NCBI GenBank assembly: GCA_965197475.1
Contig: CBDANF010000002.1
Span: 1,024,001-1,088,000 of the forward strand
Direction of reading: 5' to 3'
DNA length: 64,000 bases
Source of the DNA: Candidatus Poribacteria bacterium
GTDB lineage: Bacteria > Poribacteria > WGA-4E > WGA-3G
Made by a program: the position numbers and the translations under genes. The notes under the pieces are model-generated. The model was not told where the DNA came from and ran no database searches. It was given only the letters and a program-made list of their open reading frames with translations. Position 1 is the first letter of the stretch, and every line of letters begins with the position of its first letter. Shown here one piece after another: positions 58,598 to 64,000 of the stretch.

Positions 58598-58910
58598 TCA
58601 GCCCCAGCCGGGCGAAAGGTGTCCAGAAAACGCGTATAAAAACCTCTTTAGCCCCAGCGGGGCGAAAGGTATATAAAAAACGCGTGCTAACAATTTGATC
58701 TTGATGTGTGCACCAAAACAGGTACACCTGTCGCCCGCTGGGGCTAAAGATTAGGTAATCACACGCGACTATACACCTATCGTCCCGCTGGGACTAAAGA
58801 CTCATACATATATGTCCAATATATTCTTAAATTGACACATAAGGGTAGAGTTTGCGAAACCCAACAACAGTGTGACAAAGTTGGGTTTCGCAAACTCTAC
58901 CTAACCTATA
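58598..58910. repeat. REP-like repeat cluster including a 22-bp perfect hairpin
   Basis: agccccagcggggcgaaaggt x2 and inverted copies; ggtagagtttgcgaaacccaac..gttgggtttcgcaaactctacc at 58844-58901. Confidence 0.8.
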
Positions 58911-58989
58911 GGCTACTATGACAATTTGTCAATTAGATATGGTGGCGTGGCAATTCTGTTAAGATGTGGAATCAATAGGTGTGCAATCT

Positions 58990-59214
58990 TTATCCTATAT
59001 TGTGGTCCAGGTCAACGGCAATGAAGCGAAATCCGGTAGATTTGAGTTTTTCAACAAGCGTGGTTCGCAGTTCAAGCACACGCGCAAACTCAGAATCGGG
59101 TACCTGTATTCTCAAGACCGGTTTATGATCAAATAGGATTGCCCCTTTGATATCGAATTCTTGCATGAGTTGCTCTGCTTGTTGCAATGCAGAAGGTGCT
59201 GGCTGGCTTTCCAT
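58990..59214 (-). CDS. Small protein resembling the C-terminal domain of LarE-type sulfur transferases
   Basis: AEQLM..VLRIQV..LVEKLKSTGFRFIAVDL; ATG right after the SDR stop. Confidence 0.55.
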   Translation of the reverse strand: MESQPAPSALQQAEQLMQEFDIKGAILFDHKPVLRIQVPDSEFARVLELRTTLVEKLKSTGFRFIAVDLDHNIG

Positions 59215-59215
59215 A

Positions 59216-60022
59216 TTATGTGCGTTTTCTCCAGTCGCTTCCTGCCATAAACCCACCATCAACGAACACCATTTGGCCGGTAACAAAGTCAGAGGCGTTA
59301 GACGCAAAGAAGATCGTCAAGCCTGCCAAATCCTCCGGTTCACCCCAGCGGTAGGCAGGTGTGCGATTGAGAATCCATTCGTTTCGGCTATCTTCTCGCG
59401 CAGGCGCAGTCATCTCTGTTCGGATAAACCCCGGTGCAATCCCGTTGACCTGTATATTATGCGCTGCCCACTCTACTGCAAGCAGCTTTGTGAGTTGTAA
59501 AAGACCGCCTTTCGCCGCAGTATATGCAACACTTGTCGGAAGCCCAATCGCTGATGTCAGAGATAGCGTATTGATGACCTTACCGCCCCCTTGTTTCTCC
59601 ATGACTTTGCCGCAGGTTTTCGCGAGAAAGAACGCTCCTTTCAAATTTACATCTGTAACGAAATCCCAATCTTCTTCTGTGAAGTCCAGCGCGGGGTTCC
59701 GCACATTCACACCCGCATTGTTCACCAGCACGTCAAGTCTACCGAAAGCTTTGATGGTTTGATCAACGAGCGAGTCAATTTCCTGAAGATTACTGATGTC
59801 TGCCTGAATTGGAAGGATTGTTCTGCCGGTTTCGTCAGCAATTTGTTCAGCAACGGGGGTGAGCGTAGCTATCTCTCTACCGGCGATAACAAGTTCTGAA
59901 CCTGCGCCTGCCAGCCCTTCTGCCATCGCTCTGCCGATACCACGACTTGCGCCACTCACAAGACTTACCTTGCCATCTAACCGAAAGTGTTGAACTGTAT
60001 CTACAGCGGATTTATGATCCAT
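59216..60022 (-). CDS. SDR oxidoreductase (KduD/gluconate 5-dehydrogenase-like)
   Basis: GASRGIG, NNAG, YTAAK, NGIAPG. Confidence 0.92.
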   Translation of the reverse strand: MDHKSAVDTVQHFRLDGKVSLVSGASRGIGRAMAEGLAGAGSELVIAGREIATLTPVAEQIADETGRTILPIQADISNLQEIDSLVDQTIKAFGRLDVLVNNAGVNVRNPALDFTEEDWDFVTDVNLKGAFFLAKTCGKVMEKQGGGKVINTLSLTSAIGLPTSVAYTAAKGGLLQLTKLLAVEWAAHNIQVNGIAPGFIRTEMTAPAREDSRNEWILNRTPAYRWGEPEDLAGLTIFFASNASDFVTGQMVFVDGGFMAGSDWRKRT

Positions 60023-60111
60023 AGTTTATCCATTAGATGTAGCCAACCACAAAAACATTGCGACTGGCGATCTCACGGCATGCTAAAGAATGTCCTTCTA
60101 CAAGAGGCAGT

Positions 60112-61296
60112 TTATTTGCTTAACTCCTCCAACTTTTCCGAACCAACAACCTTGATGTCTCCATTATGTTCATGAGCAAGAGAAACAAGTAAATGTGCAC
60201 CAGGGGAGTGCTGCAAATCAATCTCAAGCGCGACGACATAGATTCTTGCTTTTTTCAAGTTTTTCTCACCTATCGTGTCAAGAATCTTCTGTGTATCAGT
60301 TTCAATATCAAGCCCGTCGACTCTTGTGGGGAGTCCGTCTGTCACCAAAACGATAACAGAAGAATCAAGCACCAAAGCCTCTTCAAGCGCAACAAGGATA
60401 TTAGTCCCTAAGTTATTTTGAATGCTTTCAGGCGTGAAACTGTCAAGGTAAAACAAAGCGTGTTTCATGTTTTTTTCGTCAGCAGTTAGCAGTTTCTTAC
60501 TCATCCGATCCGCAGCGTTAGAGAAAGGAACAATATTGAAACTGTCATCACTACCGAGCATTAAAACGGAATCCGTGATGGCATTGAGAGCCAATTCCAG
60601 TTTGTTGAGACCGGCAGCCTGCATACTGGCAGACACATCAAGACAGTAAACCACATTTTGAGGACCATCAAGATCATTGAGAAATTTGATAATACCGAGA
60701 ATATCTTTGCTGCCAGGACGTCCACCACCTTCAAGGAGGCCGTCTCCGCCACCGCCCTGAGAAAGTCCACGGTATTTGCCCGTTCCGTCTCCGCGCGCGC
60801 GGACTCGTCCGGTTACTAATCCTCTACCATCAGTCTGCCCAGGTTGTGAAATAAGACGACTTAGGTTTGAAGCTTCAGCCTCCCTTAACTTTGCATCTGT
60901 CATCAAATCCGGTACTAATTCGTTTAGAGGCGCGTTATTGACTTCAACATCATGAATCACAACCCTTTCGCTCAATTTGACAACTTCGTCCCGCTCATTT
61001 TTTGCGGCATCAATCTTCTTCTGCTCCGCGTCCTTCGCGAGTTTTTGGTTCGGATCGAGACGTTTTTTTGTAAGCGGTGGTTTCGGTCTCAGCCTACGTT
61101 CCAACAGCGGATCATGCTCTTTAAATAGGTCAAAACCGAGTGCGTCTGCTTGGTCGTTCGCAATCTTGTTCAGCGGCAAGAAAATATAAACAATTGCTAC
61201 ACTCATGTGGAAAATAAGCGATAACAAAATTATTGAGCGCAACCGAGTTTTTCGTAGTTCTTTTTCAGCATACCGATCTTTCATTTCATCTAACAT
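60112..61296 (-). CDS. Membrane-anchored vWA-domain protein, paralogue A
   Basis: N-terminal TM SLIFH, Gly-rich linker, LDVSASM, GTN, VTDG. Confidence 0.88.
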   Translation of the reverse strand: MLDEMKDRYAEKELRKTRLRSIILLSLIFHMSVAIVYIFLPLNKIANDQADALGFDLFKEHDPLLERRLRPKPPLTKKRLDPNQKLAKDAEQKKIDAAKNERDEVVKLSERVVIHDVEVNNAPLNELVPDLMTDAKLREAEASNLSRLISQPGQTDGRGLVTGRVRARGDGTGKYRGLSQGGGGDGLLEGGGRPGSKDILGIIKFLNDLDGPQNVVYCLDVSASMQAAGLNKLELALNAITDSVLMLGSDDSFNIVPFSNAADRMSKKLLTADEKNMKHALFYLDSFTPESIQNNLGTNILVALEEALVLDSSVIVLVTDGLPTRVDGLDIETDTQKILDTIGEKNLKKARIYVVALEIDLQHSPGAHLLVSLAHEHNGDIKVVGSEKLEELSK

Positions 61297-61411
61297 TTTG
61301 GTTTTCTCCTGATGATTTTAATAAGATGTCAATCATTACTTTACGATGAATCATATCAACTTGTGAATTAATAAATTATTGATGACTGAGCTTTGCAGTA
61401 AAAACTAAAGC

Positions 61412-62602
61412 TCATTTTCTATACTTACGCAACTGTTCCGAACTAACAACCTTTACTTGTCCGTTGTGTTCTTGAGCAAGAGAAACAAGTAACGCAGCAC
61501 CAGCGGAGCGTTGCAAATCAATTTCAAGGGCAACGACATAGATTTTCGCGCTTTTGCGATTTATGGCACGCACAGTATCAAGAATCTTCTGCGTATTCGT
61601 TTCGATATTGTGTTCTTTGATTGCTGTAGGGAGACCGTCTGTTACCAAAACGATAACAGAAGAATCAAGCATCAAAGCATTCTCAAGAGCGGTGAGAATA
61701 TTTGTTCCTAAGTTGTCTTGAATGCTTTCCGGTGTAAAACTATCAAGGTGCCACAATGCACGTTTAACGTTAACTCCATCGGCAGGGAGCATTTTTTTAC
61801 TCATCGCTTTGGCAACCGTAGAAAACGTTACAATGTTGAAAGTATCATTAGTTCCAAGCATCCTAACTGAATTTTTGATAGAATCTATTGCCAATTCCAA
61901 CTTATTGAGACCTGCCGCCTGCATACTTGCAGAAACATCAAGGCAAAAAACAACATTTTGAGAACCATTACGGTCATTGGGTAAATCAATAATATTGGGA
62001 CCGGGAGGATCCCCGCCGCCTGGAGGCACGCTGCCTTTAGGGTGTCCATCTTTTTCGCCCTCCTGAGAATGTCCAAGGTCTTTGCCCGTTCCATCCCCAA
62101 GCACGCGGACGACATCGCTAAGAATTCCTTTGCCATCGGTCGGTCCAGTCTGTGAAACAAGACGGCTCAGGTTTGCAGCTTCCGCATCTCTTAACTGCGC
62201 TTCTGTCATTAAATCCGGCACGAAATCATGAACGGGAGCTTTATTGACTTCAACATCATGAATCAGAATCTTTTTGCTCAATTCAATAACTTCATCACGT
62301 TCGTTATTTGCGGCATCAATCTTCTTCCGTGCTGCGTCTTCGGCAAGTTCTTGGTTCTGGTCAAGATGTTTTTCGTCCATAAACGGCTTCGGTATGTTTT
62401 TCCGCTCTTGTAAAGTATGCATTTCTTTGAAGAGATCAAAAGGGAACGGACCCTCATGATTTTCGTTCAACATGTTCAAAGGCAGAGAAAGATAGACAAT
62501 GGCTATACTCAGGTGAAGTATAAGCGAGAGTAAAACTATTGAGCGCGTCCGAGTTTTACGCTGTTCTTTTTCAAAATACCGATCCTTCATTTTATCTAAC
62601 AT
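61412..62602 (-). CDS. Membrane-anchored vWA-domain protein, paralogue B
   Basis: Collinear with paralogue A; RBS AGGAG before ATG 62602. Confidence 0.88.
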   Translation of the reverse strand: MLDKMKDRYFEKEQRKTRTRSIVLLSLILHLSIAIVYLSLPLNMLNENHEGPFPFDLFKEMHTLQERKNIPKPFMDEKHLDQNQELAEDAARKKIDAANNERDEVIELSKKILIHDVEVNKAPVHDFVPDLMTEAQLRDAEAANLSRLVSQTGPTDGKGILSDVVRVLGDGTGKDLGHSQEGEKDGHPKGSVPPGGGDPPGPNIIDLPNDRNGSQNVVFCLDVSASMQAAGLNKLELAIDSIKNSVRMLGTNDTFNIVTFSTVAKAMSKKMLPADGVNVKRALWHLDSFTPESIQDNLGTNILTALENALMLDSSVIVLVTDGLPTAIKEHNIETNTQKILDTVRAINRKSAKIYVVALEIDLQRSAGAALLVSLAQEHNGQVKVVSSEQLRKYRK

Positions 62603-62640
62603 CGGGTTTCTCCTATTAATTTTAGTAAAGATTTCAATCA

Positions 62641-63150
62641 TTACTTTGAAGAAAGCCTTTCAAAGGCATCAATCCAATGGTTACCTTCAGGTGTCAATTC
62701 ATAATATGTATGGTTACGATGTTTAATCCATTTACCTTTAACAATATTTTTGCGGTAGTGAATGATACGTCCTTCTACACGTTTCAAACCTCCGAGTTCC
62801 TTCAGCTTGCGATGCCGTTGATGCATCTCTTCAAGTGGAATTCTTAAGGTTTCCGCAACGACTATTGAATAGTCCATCCCTAATTCTTGATGATGCTTTA
62901 GTATATAGTAATCGATTTCATCTAATTCCGCAACCTCAGATGGAATATCTTGTGAAGTATCAGGGATTTTGGATTTATGAATCTCATCCCACGATACATC
63001 CAGTAACCTTTCTGTTCTCAAACCGGGAACTGCTGAACATGACGTGTCGTGGACAGCAATTGTGCCATCCTCCTTGAAATAACCGATAATCGGGGTGTCC
63101 TCTTCAGGTGCACAACACTTAGTAATTTTATAAGTGAGTTCATCTACCAT
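62641..63150 (-). CDS. Fusion of RelA/SpoT-type zinc-finger (RIS-like) domain and DUF2250-like winged helix
   Basis: KCCAP..IIGY..IAVHDTSC..LDVSW then ILKH..DYS..KHRNHTYYELTPEG. Confidence 0.7.
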   Translation of the reverse strand: MVDELTYKITKCCAPEEDTPIIGYFKEDGTIAVHDTSCSAVPGLRTERLLDVSWDEIHKSKIPDTSQDIPSEVAELDEIDYYILKHHQELGMDYSIVVAETLRIPLEEMHQRHRKLKELGGLKRVEGRIIHYRKNIVKGKWIKHRNHTYYELTPEGNHWIDAFERLSSK

Positions 63151-63191
63151 TTCCCTACGACCCTAAAACTTACATTGGATAAGATTGAGAT

Positions 63192-64000
63192 TCAGATTCG
63201 CGATATCGCCCGATACCCGATGTCGTTACGCCAATGTGCATCATCAAAATGAATAACAGAAACACCGCGATATGCCCGTTCAATAGCCGATTTTAGATCA
63301 TCTGCAATTGCAGTGACTCCTAACACACGACCACCCGCTGTGACCACGTTTTCTCCATCCTGTTCTGTTCCCGCATGAAAAACGGTAACACCATCGATTG
63401 ATGCGGCTTCTGCTAAACCCGTGATAATTTTTCCCGTCTGGTATGGGTTTGGATACCCTCCTGAAGCCATGACAACGCATGCTGCCGCCTCAGTGTGCCA
63501 TTCAACATCAGCGTGTTCGTCAAGCGTCCCATCAATACATGCCATCAACAATGGCACCAAATCGCTTTTGAGACGAGGTAAGAGAACTTGTGTCTCAGGG
63601 TCTCCGAAACGACAGTTGAACTCCAGCACTTTTGGCCCCGCATCTGTAATCATCAATCCAACGTATAACACGCCTTTGAATGGACACCCAATATCTGCCA
63701 TCCCCTTGATAGTCGGATAAACAACGCGTTCCATTACATAGTCGTGCAGTTCAGGTGTCATAACAGGTGCGGGAGAATACGCTCCCATTCCACCGGTATT
63801 CTTGCCGGTATCCCCATCATGCGACATCTTGTGATCTTGCGAACTGACAAATGGCAAACAATAAGTTCCATCAACAAGGACAGTAAACGAGGTTTCTTCG
63901 CCAATTAACTCCTCCTCAATCACAGCACTATTTCCTGCTTCCCCAAATGCCTTGTCAACTAAAATTGTTTTTACTGCCTGCATTGCTTCAGCGATAGTGC
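63192..64000 (-). CDS. purD: Phosphoribosylamine--glycine ligase, C-terminal part; runs off window end
   Basis: SQDHK, GKNTGGMGAYSP, LEFNCRFGDPETQ, VFHAGT, GGRVL. Confidence 0.97.
   Translation of the reverse strand, partial: TIAEAMQAVKTILVDKAFGEAGNSAVIEEELIGEETSFTVLVDGTYCLPFVSSQDHKMSHDGDTGKNTGGMGAYSPAPVMTPELHDYVMERVVYPTIKGMADIGCPFKGVLYVGLMITDAGPKVLEFNCRFGDPETQVLLPRLKSDLVPLLMACIDGTLDEHADVEWHTEAAACVVMASGGYPNPYQTGKIITGLAEAASIDGVTVFHAGTEQDGENVVTAGGRVLGVTAIADDLKSAIERAYRGVSVIHFDDAHWRNDIGYRAISRI

Noticed and set aside
58598-58800. agccccagcggggcgaaaggt repeats as a mini-CRISPR
   Set aside because: Two direct and two inverted copies forming a palindromic REP-like element, also seen near 37555-37630

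Overview
Bacterial chromosomal window. The gene style (WD40 proteins with a WGLPEG..RLGKG N-terminus, secreted proteins ending in VExxGKLxxxWxx[LI]K, many palindromic repeats) suggests Candidatus Poribacteria; this is an inference. Main hunt result: an 8-gene minus-strand operon (3857-15398) that joins a ZorA/ZorB-like (MotA/MotB-type) ion-motor pair to a tubulin/FtsZ-like GTPase, a 1000-aa actin/Hsp70-fold (SrfB-like) ATPase, a vWA lipoprotein, two membrane proteins and a transglutaminase-like protein, with no recognisable Zorya nuclease or helicase effector. Other notable structure: (1) a 1.5-kb composite transposon of two inverted 93-bp IS1595-type MITEs, with an exact 8-bp target duplication, that carries a LamG gene into another transposase; (2) a pseudoknot-forming 5' leader repeated upstream of two unrelated secreted-protein genes; (3) an orphan terminase pair behind a promoter and two tandem terminators; (4) an expanded pst operon with two K+ channel genes and reciprocally degenerate PstB paralogues. 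The rest is housekeeping and accessory genes, four IS elements, an IS1-type fragment and nested REP-like repeats. All calls come from reading motifs by eye; no database searches were run.
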